Below, piece by piece: positions 26,101 to 41,100 of a DNA stretch of 64,000 bases. Under the pieces are notes generated by a model. The model saw nothing but the letters and a program-made list of their open reading frames with translations. It was not told the origin of the DNA and ran no database searches. The DNA lies in assembly GCA_016906335.1 (NCBI GenBank), contig JADEYG010000004.1:1364001-1428000 (forward strand), written 5' to 3'. The DNA comes from Novakomyces olei (taxonomy: Eukaryota). The stretch's first letter is position 1; each line of letters begins with the position of its first letter. A program made the position numbers and the translations under genes.

Positions 26101-29100
26101 ATGCAATCAGCATTGAATAAGTCAATCTCTGTTACATCAGTCGCCGACCGGTCTAAAAAGTCGTTTAATTCATCGACGAGTGCGTTGAGTTCGATTCTAT
26201 CTGCATTTAATAAGTCAAGCGAGCCGTTTAATTCTTCACAGACAGAATTGAGTCCGATGCAATCAGCATTGAATAAGTCAAGCCCTGCTACAACACTCGC
26301 CAACCAGTCTAAGAAGTCGTTTAATTCATCGACGAGTGCGTTGAGTCCGCTGCAATTTGCATTAAATAGGTCAAGCGAGTCGTTTAATTCTTCACAGACA
26401 GGATTGAGTCCGTTGCAGTCTGCATTGAATAAGTCAAGCCCTGCTAGAACACTCGCCAACCAGTCTAAGAAGTCGTTTAATTCATCGACGAGCGCATTGA
26501 GTCCGATGCAATCTGCATTAAATAAGTTAAGCTCTGTTACATCAGTCGCCGACCGGTCTAAGAAGTCGTTTAATTCATCGACGAGTGTGTTGAGTCCGCT
26601 GCAATTTGCATTAAATAGGTCAAGCGAGTCGTTTAATTCTTCACAGACAGGATTGAGTCCGTTGCAGTCTGCATTGAATGAGCCGTTTAATTCTTCACAG
26701 ACAGAATTGAGTCCGTTGCAGTCTGCATTGAATAAGTCAAGCCCTGCTAGAACACTCGCCAACCAGTCTAAGAAGTCGTTTAATTCATCGACGAGCGCAT
26801 TGAGTCCGATGCAATCTGCATTAAATAAGTCAAGCCCTGCTACAACACTCGCCAACCAGTCTAAGAAGTCGTTTAATTCATCGACGAGTGCGTTGAGTTC
26901 GATTCTATCTGCATTTAATAAGTCAAGCGAGCCGTTTAATTCTTCACAGACAGAATTGAGTCCGTTGCAGTCTGCATTTAATAAGTCAAGCGAGCCGTTT
27001 AATTCTTCACAGACCGAATTGAGTTCGTTGCAGTCTGCATTGAATAAGTCTCGCCCTGCTAGAACACTCGCCGACCAATCTAAGAAGTCGTTTAATTCAT
27101 CGACGAGCGCATTGAGTCCGATGCAATCAGCATTGAATAAGTCAAGCGAGCCGTTTAATTCTTCACAGACAGAATTGAGTCCGTTGCAGTCTGCATTGAA
27201 TAAATCGAGCTCTGTTACATCTGTCGCCGACCGGTCTAAGAAGTCGTTTAATTCATCGACGAGTGCGTTGAGTTCGATTCTATCTGCATTTAATAAGTCA
27301 AGCGAGCCGTTTAATTCTTCACAGACAGAATTGAGTCCGTTGCAGTCTGCATTGAATAAGTCAAGCCCTGCTAGAACACTCGCCAACCAGTCTAAGAAGT
27401 CGTTTAATTCATCGACGAGCGCATTGAGTCCGATGCAATCTGCATTAAATAAGTCAAGCCCTGCTACAACACTCGCCAACCAGTCTAAGAAGTCGTTTAA
27501 TTCATCGACGAGTGCGTTGAGTTCGATTCTATCTGCATTTAATAAGTCAAGCGAGCCGTTTAATTCTTCACAGACAGAATTGAGTCCGTTGCAGTCTGCA
27601 TTTAATAAGTCAAGCGAGCCGTTTAATTCTTCACAGACCGAATTGAGTCCGATGCAATCAGCATTGAATAAGTCAATCTCTGTTACATCAGTCGCCGACC
27701 GGTCTAAGAAGTCGTTTAATTCATCGACGAGTGCGTTGAGTTCGATTCTATCTGCATTTAATAAGTCAAGCGAGCCGTTTAATTCTTCACAGACAGAATT
27801 GAGTCCGATGCAATCAGCATTGAATAAGTCAAGCCCTGCTACAACACTCGCCAACCAGTCTAAGAAGTCGTTTAATTCATCGACGAGTGCGTTGAGTCCG
27901 CTGCAATTTGCATTAAATAGGTCAAGCGAGTCGTTTAATTCTTCACAGACAGGATTGAGTCCGTTGCAGTCTGCATTGAATAAGTCAAGCCCTGCTACAA
28001 CACTCGCCAACCAGTCTAAGAAGTCGTTTAATTCATCGACGAGCGCATTGAGTCCGATGCAATCTGCATTAAATAAGTTAAGCTCTGTTACATCAGTCGC
28101 CGACCGGTCTAAAAAGTCGTTTAATTCATCGACGAGTGCGTTGAGTCCGCTGCAATTTGCATTAAATAGGTCAAGCGAGTCGTTTAATTCTTCACAGACA
28201 GGATTGAGTCCGTTGCAGTCTGCATTGAATGAGCCGTTTAATTCTTCACAGACAGAATTGAGTCCGATGCAATCTGTATTAAATAAGTCAAGCGAGCCGT
28301 TTAATTCTTCACAGACAGAATTGAGTCCGTTGCAGTCTGCATTGAATAAGTCAAGCCCTGCTACAACACTCGCCAACCAGTCTAAGAAGTCGTTTAATTC
28401 ATCGACGAGTGCGTTGAGTTCGATTCTATCTGCATTTAATAAGTCAAGCGAGCCGTTTAATTCTTCACAGACAGAATTGAGTCCGTTGCAATCTGCATTA
28501 AATAAGTTAAGCTCTGTTACATCAGTCGCCGACCGGTCTAAGAAGTCGTTTAATTCATCGACGAGTGTGTTGAGTCCGCTGCAATTTGCATTAAATAGGT
28601 CAAGCGAGTCGTTTAATTCTTCACAGACAGGATTGAGTCCGTTGCAGTCTGCATTGAATGAGCCGTTTAATTCTTCACAGACAGAATTGAGTCCGATGCA
28701 ATCTGTATTAAATAAGTCAAGCGAGCCGTTTAATTCTTCACAGACAGAATTGAGTCCGTTGCAGTCTGCATTTAATAAGTCAAGCGAGCCGTTTAATTCT
28801 TCACAGACCGAATTGAGTCCGATGCAATCAGCATTGAATAAGTCAATCTCTGTTACATCAGTCGCCGACCGGTCTAAAAAGTCGTTTAATTCATCGACGA
28901 GTGCGTTGAGTTCGATTCTATCTGCATTTAATAAGTCAAGCGAGCCGTTTAATTCTTCACAGACAGAATTGAGTCCGATGCAATCAGCATTGAATAAGTC
29001 AAGCCCTGCTACAACACTCGCCAACCAGTCTAAGAAGTCGTTTAATTCATCGACGAGTGCGTTGAGTCCGCTGCAATTTGCATTAAATAGGTCAAGCGAG

Positions 29101-32100
29101 TCGTTTAATTCTTCACAGACAGGATTGAGTCCGTTGCAGTCTGCATTGAATAAGTCAAGCCCTGCTAGAACACTCGCCAACCAGTCTAAGAAGTCGTTTA
29201 ATTCATCGACGAGCGCATTGAGTCCGATGCAATCTGCATTAAATAAGTTAAGCTCTGTTACATCAGTCGCCGACCGGTCTAAGAAGTCGTTTAATTCATC
29301 GACGAGTGTGTTGAGTCCGCTGCAATTTGCATTAAATAGGTCAAGCGAGTCGTTTAATTCTTCACAGACAGGATTGAGTCCGTTGCAGTCTGCATTGAAT
29401 GAGCCGTTTAATTCTTCACAGACAGAATTGAGTCCGTTGCAGTCTGCATTGAATAAGTCAAGCCCTGCTAGAACACTCGCCAACCAGTCTAAGAAGTCGT
29501 TTAATTCATCGACGAGCGCATTGAGTCCGATGCAATCTGCATTAAATAAGTCAAGCCCTGCTACAACACTCGCCAACCAGTCTAAGAAGTCGTTTAATTC
29601 ATCGACGAGTGCGTTGAGTTCGATTCTATCTGCATTTAATAAGTCAAGCGAGCCGTTTAATTCTTCACAGACAGAATTGAGTCCGTTGCAGTCTGCATTT
29701 AATAAGTCAAGCGAGCCGTTTAATTCTTCACAGACCGAATTGAGTTCGTTGCAGTCTGCATTGAATAAGTCTCGCCCTGCTAGAACACTCGCCGACCAAT
29801 CTAAGAAGTCGTTTAATTCATCGACGAGCGCATTGAGTCCGATGCAATCAGCATTGAATAAGTCAAGCGAGCCGTTTAATTCTTCACAGACAGAATTGAG
29901 TCCGTTGCAGTCTGCATTGAATAAATCGAGCTCTGTTACATCTGTCGCCGACCGGTCTAAGAAGTCGTTTAATTCATCGACGAGTGCGTTGAGTTCGATT
30001 CTATCTGCATTTAATAAGTCAAGCGAGCCGTTTAATTCTTCACAGACAGAATTGAGTCCGTTGCAGTCTGCATTGAATAAGTCAAGCCCTGCTAGAACAC
30101 TCGCCAACCAGTCTAAGAAGTCGTTTAATTCATCGACGAGCGCATTGAGTCCGATGCAATCTGCATTAAATAAGTCAAGCCCTGCTACAACACTCGCCAA
30201 CCAGTCTAAGAAGTCGTTTAATTCATCGACGAGTGCGTTGAGTTCGATTCTATCTGCATTTAATAAGTCAAGCGAGCCGTTTAATTCTTCACAGACAGAA
30301 TTGAGTCCGTTGCAGTCTGCATTTAATAAGTCAAGCGAGCCGTTTAATTCTTCACAGACCGAATTGAGTCCGATGCAATCAGCATTGAATAAGTCAATCT
30401 CTGTTACATCAGTCGCCGACCGGTCTAAGAAGTCGTTTAATTCATCGACGAGTGCGTTGAGTTCGATTCTATCTGCATTTAATAAGTCAAGCGAGCCGTT
30501 TAATTCTTCACAGACAGAATTGAGTCCGATGCAATCAGCATTGAATAAGTCAAGCCCTGCTACAACACTCGCCAACCAGTCTAAGAAGTCGTTTAATTCA
30601 TCGACGAGTGCGTTGAGTCCGCTGCAATTTGCATTAAATAGGTCAAGCGAGTCGTTTAATTCTTCACAGACAGGATTGAGTCCGTTGCAGTCTGCATTGA
30701 ATAAGTCAAGCCCTGCTACAACACTCGCCAACCAGTCTAAGAAGTCGTTTAATTCATCGACGAGCGCATTGAGTCCGATGCAATCTGCATTAAATAAGTT
30801 AAGCTCTGTTACATCAGTCGCCGACCGGTCTAAAAAGTCGTTTAATTCATCGACGAGTGCGTTGAGTCCGCTGCAATTTGCATTAAATAGGTCAAGCGAG
30901 TCGTTTAATTCTTCACAGACAGGATTGAGTCCGTTGCAGTCTGCATTGAATGAGCCGTTTAATTCTTCACAGACAGAATTGAGTCCGATGCAATCTGTAT
31001 TAAATAAGTCAAGCGAGCCGTTTAATTCTTCACAGACAGAATTGAGTCCGTTGCAGTCTGCATTGAATAAGTCAAGCCCTGCTACAACACTCGCCAACCA
31101 GTCTAAGAAGTCGTTTAATTCATCGACGAGTGCGTTGAGTTCGATTCTATCTGCATTTAATAAGTCAAGCGAGCCGTTTAATTCTTCACAGACAGAATTG
31201 AGTCCGTTGCAATCTGCATTAAATAAGTTAAGCTCTGTTACATCAGTCGCCGACCGGTCTAAGAAGTCGTTTAATTCATCGACGAGTGTGTTGAGTCCGC
31301 TGCAATTTGCATTAAATAGGTCAAGCGAGTCGTTTAATTCTTCACAGACAGGATTGAGTCCGTTGCAGTCTGCATTGAATGAGCCGTTTAATTCTTCACA
31401 GACAGAATTGAGTCCGATGCAATCTGTATTAAATAAGTCAAGCGAGCCGTTTAATTCTTCACAGACAGAATTGAGTCCGTTGCAGTCTGCATTTAATAAG
31501 TCAAGCGAGCCGTTTAATTCTTCACAGACCGAATTGAGTCCGATGCAATCAGCATTGAATAAGTCAATCTCTGTTACATCAGTCGCCGACCGGTCTAAAA
31601 AGTCGTTTAATTCATCGACGAGTGCGTTGAGTTCGATTCTATCTGCATTTAATAAGTCAAGCGAGCCGTTTAATTCTTCACAGACAGAATTGAGTCCGTT
31701 GCAGTCTGCATTGAATAAGTCAAGCCCTGCTACAACACTCGCCAACCAGTCTAAGAAGTCGTTTAATTCATCGACGAGTGCGTTGAGTTCGATTCTATCT
31801 GCATTTAATAAGTCAAGCGAGCCGTTTAATTCTTCACAGACAGAATTGAGTCCGTTGCAGTCTGCATTGAATAAGTCAAGCCCTGCTAGAACACTCGCCA
31901 ACCAGTCTAAGAAGTCGTTTAATTCATCGACGAGCGCATTGAGTCCGATGCAATCTGCATTTAATAAGTCAAGCCCTGCTACAACACTCGCCAACCAGTC
32001 TAAGAAGTCGTTTAATTCATCGACGAGTGCGTTGAGTTCGATTCTATCTGCATTTAATAAGTCAAGCGAGCCGTTTAATTCTTCACAGACAGAATTGAGT

Positions 32101-35100
32101 CCGTTGCAGTCTGCATTTAATAAGTCAAGCGAGCCGTTTAATTCTTCACAGACCGAATGAGTCCGATGCAATCAGCATTGAATAAGTCAATCTCTGTTAC
32201 ATCAGTCGCCGACCGGTCTAAGAAGTCGTTTAATTCATCGACGAGTGCGTTGAGTTCGATTCTATCTGCATTTAATAAGTCAAGCGAGCCGTTTAATTCT
32301 TCACAGACAGAATTGAGTCCGATGCAATCAGCATTGAATAAGTCAAGCCCTGCTACAACACTCGCCAACCAGTCTAAGAAGTCGTTTAATTCATCGACGA
32401 GTGCGTTGAGTCCGCTGCAATTTGCATTAAATAGGTCAAGCGAGTCGTTTAATTCTTCACAGACAGGATTGAGTCCGATGCAATCAGCATTGAATAAGTC
32501 AATCTCTGTTACATCAGTCGCCGACCGGTCTAAGAAGTCGTTTAATTCATCGACGAGTGCGTTGAGTTCGATTCTATCTGCATTTAATAAGTCAAGCGAG
32601 CCGTTTAATTCTTCACAGACAGAATTGAGTCCGTTGCAGTCTGCATTTAATAAGTCAAGCGAGCCGTTTAATTCTTCACAGACCGAATTGAGTCCGATGC
32701 AATCAGCATTGAATAAGTTAAGCTCTGTTACATCAGTCGCCGACCGGTCTAAGAAGTCGTTTAATTCATCGACGAGTGTGTTGAGTCCGCTGCAATTTGC
32801 ATTAAATAGGTCAAGCGAGTCGTTTAATTCTTCACAGACAGGATTGAGTCCGTTGCAGTCTGCATTGAATGAGCCGTTTAATTCTTCACAGACAGAATTG
32901 AGTCCGATGCAATCTGTATTAAATAAGTCAAGCGAGCCGTTTAATTCTTCACAGACAGAATTGAGTCCGTTGCAGTCTGCATTTAATAAGTCAAGCGAGC
33001 CGTTTAATTCTTCACAGACCGAATTGAGTCCGATGCAATCAGCATTGAATAAGTCAATCTCTGTTACATCCGTCGCCGACCGGTCTAAGAAGTCGTTTAA
33101 TTCATCGACGAGTGCGTTGAGTTCGATTCTATCTGCATTTAATAAGTCAAGCGAGCCGTTTAATTCTTCACAGACAGAATTGAGTCCGATGCAATCAGCA
33201 TTGAATAAGTCAAGCCCTGCTACAACACTCGCCAACCAGTCTAAGAAGTCGTTTAATTCATCGACGAGTGCGTTGAGTCCGCTGCAATTTGCATTAAATA
33301 GGTCAAGCGAGCCGTTTAATTCTTCACAGACCGAATTGAGTCCGATGCAATCAGCATTGAATAAGTCAATCTCTGTTACATCAGTCGCCGACCGGTCTAA
33401 GAAGTCGTTTAATTCATCGACGAGTGCGTTGAGTTCGATTCTATCTGCATTTAATAAGTCAAGCGAGCCGTTTAATTCTTCACAGACAGAATTGAGTCCG
33501 TTGCAGTCTGCATTTAATAAGTCAAGCGAGCCGTTTAATTCTTCACAGACAGAATTGAGTCCGATGCAATCAGCATTGAATAAGTCAAGCCCTGCTACAA
33601 CACTCGCCAACCAGTCTAGGAAGTCGTTTAATTCATCGACGAGTGCGTTGAGTCCGCTGCAATTTGCATTAAATAGGTCAAGCGAGCCGTTTAATTCTTC
33701 ACAGACCGAATTGAGTCCGATGCAATCAGCATTGAATAAGTCAATCTCTGTTACATCAGTCGCCGACCGGTCTAAGAAGTCGTTTAATTCATCGACGAGT
33801 GCGTTGAGTTCGATTCTATCTGCATTTAATAAGTCAAGCGAGCCGTTTAATTCTTCACAGACAGAATTGAGTCCGATGCAATCAGCATTGAATAAGTCGA
33901 GCCCTGCTACAACACTCGCCAACCAGTCTAAGAAGTCGTTTAATTCATCGACGAGTGCGTTGAGTCCGCTGCAATTTGCATTAAATAGGTCAAGCGAGTC
34001 GTTTAATTCTTCACAGACAGGATTGAGTCCGTTGCAGTCTGCATTGAATAAGTCAAGCCCTGCTAGAACACTCGCCAACCAGTCTAAGAAGTCGTTTAAT
34101 TCATCGACGAGCGCATTGAGTCCGATGCAATCTGCATTAAATAAGTTAAGCTCTGTTACATCAGTCGCCGACCGGTCTAAGAAGTCGTTTAATTCATCGA
34201 CGAGTGTGTTGAGTCCGCTGCAATTTGCATTAAATAGGTCAAGCGAGTCGTTTAATTCTTCACAGACAGGATTGAGTCCGTTGCAGTCTGCATTGAATGA
34301 GCCGTTTAATTCTTCACAGACAGAATTGAGTCCGATGCAATCTGCATTAAATAAGTCAAGCGAGCCGTTTAATTCTTCACAGACAGAATTGAGTCCGTTG
34401 CAGTCTGCATTTAATAAGTCAAGCGAGCCGTTTAATTCTTCACAGACAGAATTGAGTCCGATGCAATCAGCATTGAATAAGTCAATCTCTGTTACATCAG
34501 TCGCCGACCGGTCTAAGAAGTCGTTTAATTCATCGACGAGTGCGTTGAGTTCGATTCTATCTGCATTTAATAAGTCAAGCGAGCCGTTTAATTCTTCACA
34601 GACAGAATTGAGTCCGTTGCAGTCTGCATTTAATAAGTCAAGCGAGCCGTTTAATTCTTCACAGACCGAATTGAGTCCGATGCAATCAGCATTGAATAAG
34701 TCAATCTCTGTTACATCAGTCGCCGACCGGTCTAAGAAGTCGTTTAATTCATCGAAGAGTGCGTTGAGTTCGATTCTATCTGCATTTAATAAGTCAAGCG
34801 AGCCGTTTAATTCTTCACAGACAGAATTGAGTCCGTTGCAGTCTGCATTGAATAAATCGAGCTCTGTTACATCTGTCGCCGACCGGTCTAAGAAGTCGTT
34901 TAATTCATCGACGAGCGCATTGAGTCCGTTGCAGTCTGCATTGAATAAGTCACGCGAGTCGTTAAAATCTTCACAGACAGGATTGAGTTCGTTGCAGTCT
35001 GCATTGAATAAGTCTCGCCCTGCTACAACACTCGCCGACCAATCTAAGAAGTCGTTTAATTCATCGACGAGCGCATTGAGTCCACTTCATTCTGCATTAA

Positions 35101-38100
35101 ATAGGTCAAGCTCTGCTACAACACTCGCCGACCAGTCGAAGAAGTCGTTTAATTCATCTACGAGTGCGTTGAGTCCGTTGCAGTCTGCATTGAATAAGTC
35201 TCGCCCTGCTACAACACTCGCCGACCAATCTAAGAAGTCGTTTAATTCATCGACGAGCGCATTGAGTCCACTTCATTCCGCATTAAATAGGTCAAGCTCT
35301 GCTACAACACTCGCTGACCAGTCTAAGAAGTCGTTTAATTCATCGACGAGCGCTTTGAGTCCGCTGCAATTTGCATTAAATAGGTCAAGCGAGTCGTTTG
35401 ATTCTTCACAGACAGAATTGAGTCCGTTGCAGTCTGCATTGAATAAGTCAAGCCCTGCTAGAACACTCGCCAACCAGTCTAAGAAGTCGTTTAATTCATC
35501 GACGAGCGCATTGAGTCCGATGCAATCTGCATTAAATAAGTCAAGCCCTGCTACAACACTCGCCAACCAGTCTAAGAAGTCGTTTAATTCATCGACGAGT
35601 GCGTTGAGTTCGATTCTATCTGCATTTAATAAGTCAAGCGAGCCGTTTAATTCTTCACAGACAGAATTGAGTCCGTTGCAGTCTGCATTTAATAAGTCAA
35701 GCGAGCCGTTTAATTCTTCACAGACAGAATTGAGTCCGATGCAATCAGCATTGAATAAGTCAATCTCTGTTACATCAGTCGCCGACCGGTCTAAGAAGTC
35801 GTTTAATTCATCGACGAGTGCGTTGAGTTCGATTCTATCTGCATTTAATAAGTCAAGCGAGCCGTTTAATTCTTCACAGACAGAATTGAGTCCGTTGCAG
35901 TCTGCATTTAATAAGTCAAGCGAGCCGTTTAATTCTTCACAGACCGAATTGAGTCCGATGCAATCAGCATTGAATAAGTCAATCTCTGTTACATCAGTCG
36001 CCGACCGGTCTAAGAAGTCGTTTAATTCATCGAAGAGTGCGTTGAGTTCGATTCTATCTGCATTTAATAAGTCAAGCGAGCCGTTTAATTCTTCACAGAC
36101 AGAATTGAGTCCGTTGCAGTCTGCATTGAATAAATCGAGCTCTGTTACATCTGTCGCCGACCGGTCTAAGAAGTCGTTTAATTCATCGACGAGCGCATTG
36201 AGTCCGTTGCAGTCTGCATTGAATAAGTCACGCGAGTCGTTAAAATCTTCACAGACAGGATTGAGTTCGTTGCAGTCTGCATTGAATAAGTCTCGCCCTG
36301 CTACAACACTCGCCGACCAATCTAAGAAGTCGTTTAATTCATCGACGAGCGCATTGAGTCCACTTCATTCTGCATTAAATAGGTCAAGCTCTGCTACAAC
36401 ACTCGCCGACCAGTCGAAGAAGTCGTTTAATTCATCTACGAGTGCGTTGAGTCCGTTGCAGTCTGCATTGAATAAGTCTCGCCCTGCTACAACACTCGCC
36501 GACCAATCTAAGAAGTCGTTTAATTCATCGACGAGCGCATTGAGTCCACTTCATTCCGCATTAAATAGGTCAAGCTCTGCTACAACACTCGCTGACCAGT
36601 CTAAGAAGTCGTTTAATTCATCGACGAGCGCTTTGAGTCCGCTGCAATTTGCATTAAATAGGTCAAGCGAGTCGTTTAATTCTTCACAGACAGGATTGAG
36701 TCCGTTGCAGTCTGCATTGAATAAGTCAAGCCCTGCTAGAACACTCGCCAACCAGTCTAAGAAGTCGTTTAATTCATCGACGAGCGCATTGAGTCCGATG
36801 CAATCTGCATTAAATAAGTCAAGCCCTGCTACAACACTCGCCAACCAGTCTAAGAAGTCGTTTAATTCATCGACGAGTGCGTTGAGTTCGATTCTATCTG
36901 CATTTAATAAGTCAAGCGAGCCGTTTAATTCTTCACAGACAGAATTGAGTCCGTTGCAGTCTGCATTTAATAAGTCAAGCGAGCCGTTTAATTCTTCACA
37001 GACCGAATTGAGTTCGTTGCAGTCTGCATTGAATAAGTCTCGCCCTGCTAGAACACTCGCCAACCAGTCTAAGAAGTCGTTTAATTCATCGACGAGCGCA
37101 TTGAGTCCACTTCATTCCGCATTAAATAGGTCAAGCTCTGCTACAACACTCGCTGACCAGTCTAAGAAGTCGTTTAATTCATCGACGAGCGCTTTGAGTC
37201 CGCTGCAATTTGCATTAAATAGGTCAAGCGAGTCGTTTAATTCTTCACAGACAGGATTGAGTCCGTTGCAGTCTGCATTGAATAAGTCAAGCCCTGCTAG
37301 AACACTCGCCGACCAATCTAAGAAGTCGTTTAATTCATCGACGAGCGCATTGAGTCCACTTCATTCTGCATTAAATAGGTCAAGCTCTGCTACAACACTC
37401 GCCGACCAGTCGAAGAAGTCGTTTAATTCATCTACGAGTGCGTTGAGTCCGTTGCAGTCTGCATTGAATAAGTCTCGCCCTGCTACAACACTCGCCGACC
37501 AATCTAAGAAGTCGTTTAATTCATCGACGAGCGCATTGAGTCCACTTCATTCCGCATTAAATAGGTCAAGCTCTGCTACAACACTCGCTGACCAGTCTAA
37601 GAAGTCGTTTAATTCATCGACGAGCGCATTGAGTCCGTTGCAGTCTGCATTGAATAAGTCACGCGAGTCGTTAAAATCTTCACAGACAGGATTGAGTTCG
37701 TTGCAGTCTGCATTGAATAAGTCTCGCCCTGCTACAACACTCGCCGACCAATCTAAGAAGTCGTTTAATTCATCGACGAGCGCATTGAGTCCACTTCATT
37801 CCGCATTAAATAGGTCAAGCTCTCTACAACACTCGCTGACCAGTCTAAGAAGTCGTTTAATTCATCGACGAGCGCTTTGAGTCCGCTGCAATTTGCATTA
37901 AATAGGTCAAGCGAGTCGTTTAATTCTTCACAGACAGGATTGAGTCCGTTGCAGTCTGCATTGAATAAGTCAAGCCCTGCTAGAACACTCGCCGACCAAT
38001 CTAAGAAGTCGTTTAATTCATCGACGAGCGCATTGAGTCCACTTCATTCTGCATTAAATAGGTCAAGCTCTGCTACAACACTCGCCGACCAGTCGAAGAA

Positions 38101-41100
38101 GTCGTTTAATTCATCTACGAGTGCGTTGAGTCCGTTGCAGTCTGCATTGAATAAGTCTCGCCCTGCTACAACACTCGCCGACCAATCTAAGAAGTCGTTT
38201 AATTCATCGACGAGCGCATTGAGTCCACTTCATTCCGCATTAAATAGGTCAAGCTCTGCTACAACACTCGCTGACCAGTCTAAGAAGTCGTTTAATTCAT
38301 CGACGAGCGCATTGAGTCCGTTGCAGTCTGCATTGAATAAGTCACGCGAGTCGTTAAAATCTTCACAGACAGGATTGAGTTCGTTGCAGTCTGCATTGAA
38401 TAAGTCTCGCCCTGCTACAACACTCGCCGACCAATCTAAGAAGTCGTTTAATTCATCGACGAGCGCATTGAGTCCACTTCATTCCGCATTAAATAGGTCA
38501 AGCTCTGCTACAACACTCGCTGACCAGTCTAAGAAGTCGTTTAATTCATCGACGAGCGCATTGAGTCCGTTGCAGTCTGCATTGAATAAGTCACGCGAGT
38601 CGTTAAAATCTTCACAGACAGGATTGAGTTCGTTGCAGTCTGCATTGAATAAGTCTCGCCCTGCTACAACACTCGCCGACCAATCTAAGAAGTCGTTTAA
38701 TTCATCGACGAGCGCATTGAGTCCACTTCATTCTGCATTAAATAGGTCAAGCTCTGCTACAACACTCGCCGACCAGTCGAAGAAGTCGTTTAATTCATCT
38801 ACGAGTGCGTTGAGTCCGTTGCAGTCTGCATTGAATAAGTCTCGCCCTGCTACAACACTCGCCGACCAATCTAAGAAGTCGTTTAATTCATCGACGAGCG
38901 CATTGAGTCCGATGCAATCAGCATTGAATAAGTCAAGCCCTGCTACAACACTCGCCAACCAGTCTAAGAAGTCGTTTAATTCATCGACGAGTGCGTTGAG
39001 TCCGCTGCAATTTGCATTAAATAGGTCAAGCGAGTCGTTTAATTCTTCACAGACAGGATTGAGTCCGTTGCAGTCTGCATTGAATAAGTCAAGCCCTGCT
39101 AGAACACTCGCCAACCAGTCTAAGAAGTCGTTTAATTCATCGACGAGCGCATTGAGTCCGATGCAATCTGCATTAAATAAGTCAAGCCCTGCTACAACAC
39201 TCGCCAACCAGTCTAAGAAGTCGTTTAATTCATCGACGAGTGCGTTGAGTTCGATTCTATCTGCATTTAATAAGTCAAGCGAGCCGTTTAATTCTTCACA
39301 GACAGAATTGAGTCCGTTGCAGTCTGCATTTAATAAGTCAAGCGAGCCGTTTAATTCTTCACAGACCGAATTGAGTTCGTTGCAGTCTGCATTGAATAAG
39401 TCTCGCCCTGCTAGAACACTCGCCAACCAGTCTAAGAAGTCGTTTAATTCATCGACGAGCGCATTGAGTCCACTTCATTCCGCATTAAATAGGTCAAGCT
39501 CTGCTACAACACTCGCTGACCAGTCTAAGAAGTCGTTTAATTCATCGACGAGCGCTTTGAGTCCGCTGCAATTTGCATTAAATAGGTCAAGCGAGTCGTT
39601 TAATTCTTCACAGACAGGATTGAGTCCGTTGCAGTCTGCATTGAATAAGTCAAGCCCTGCTAGAACACTCGCCAACCAGTCTAAGAAGTCGTTTAATTCA
39701 TCGACGAGCGCATTGAGTCCGATGCAATCTGCATTAAATAAGTCAAGCCCTGCTACAACACTCGCCAACCAGTCTAAGAAGTCGTTTAATTCATCGACGA
39801 GTGCGTTGAGTTCGATTCTATCTGCATTTAATAAGTCAAGCGAGCCGTTTAATTCTTCACAGACAGAATTGAGTCCGTTGCAGTCTGCATTTAATAAGTC
39901 AAGCGAGCCGTTTAATTCTTCACAGACCGAATTGAGTCCGATGCAATCAGCATTGAATAAGTCAATCTCTGTTACATCAGTCGCCGACCGGTCTAAGAAG
40001 TCGTTTAATTCATCGACGAGTGCGTTGAGTTCGATTCTATCTGCATTTAATAAGTCAAGCGAGCCGTTTAATTCTTCACAGACAGAATTGAGTCCGTTGC
40101 AGTCTGCATTTAATAAGTCAAGCGAGCCGTTTAATTCTTCACAGACCGAATTGAGTCCGATGCAATCAGCATTGAATAAGTCAATCTCTGTTACATCAGT
40201 CGCCGACCGGTCTAAGAAGTCGTTTAATTCATCGACGAGTGCGTTGAGTTCGATTCTATCTGCATTTAATAAGTCAAGCGAGCCGTTTAATTCTTCACAG
40301 ACAGAATTGAGTCCGATGCAATCAGCATTGAATAAGTCAAGCCCTGCTACAACACTCGCCAACCAGTCTAAGAAGTCGTTTAATTCATCGACGAGTGCGT
40401 TGAGTCCGCTGCAATTTGCATTAAATAGGTCAAGCGAGTCGTTTAATTCTTCACAGACAGGATTGAGTCCGTTGCAGTCTGCATTGAATAAGTCAAGCCC
40501 TGCTACATCAGTCGCCGACCGGTCTAAGAAGTCGTTTAATTCATCGACGAGTGCGTTGAGTTCGATTCTATCTGCATTTAATAAGTCAAGCGAGCCGTTT
40601 AATTCTTCACAGACAGAATTGAGTCCGTTGCAGTCTGCATTTAATAAGTCAAGCGAGCCGTTTAATTCTTCACAGACCGAATTGAGTCCGATGCAATCAG
40701 CATTGAATAAGTCAATCTCTGTTACATCAGTCGCCGACCGGTCTAAGAAGTCGTTTAATTCATCGACGAGTGCGTTGAGTTCGATTCTATCTGCATTTAA
40801 TAAGTCAAGCGAGCCGTTTAATTCTTCACAGACAGAATTGAGTCCGATGCAATCAGCATTGAATAAGTCAAGCCCTGCTACAACACTCGCCAACCAGTCT
40901 AAGAAGTCGTTTAATTCATCGACGAGTGCGTTGAGTCCGCTGCAATTTGCATTAAATAAGTCAAGCGAGCCGTTTAATTCTTCACAGACAGAATTGAGTC
41001 CGTTGCAGTCTGCATTTAATAAGTCAAGCGAGCCGTTTAATTCTTCACAGACCGAATTGAGTCCGATGCAATCAGCATTGAATAAGTCAATCTCTGTTAC

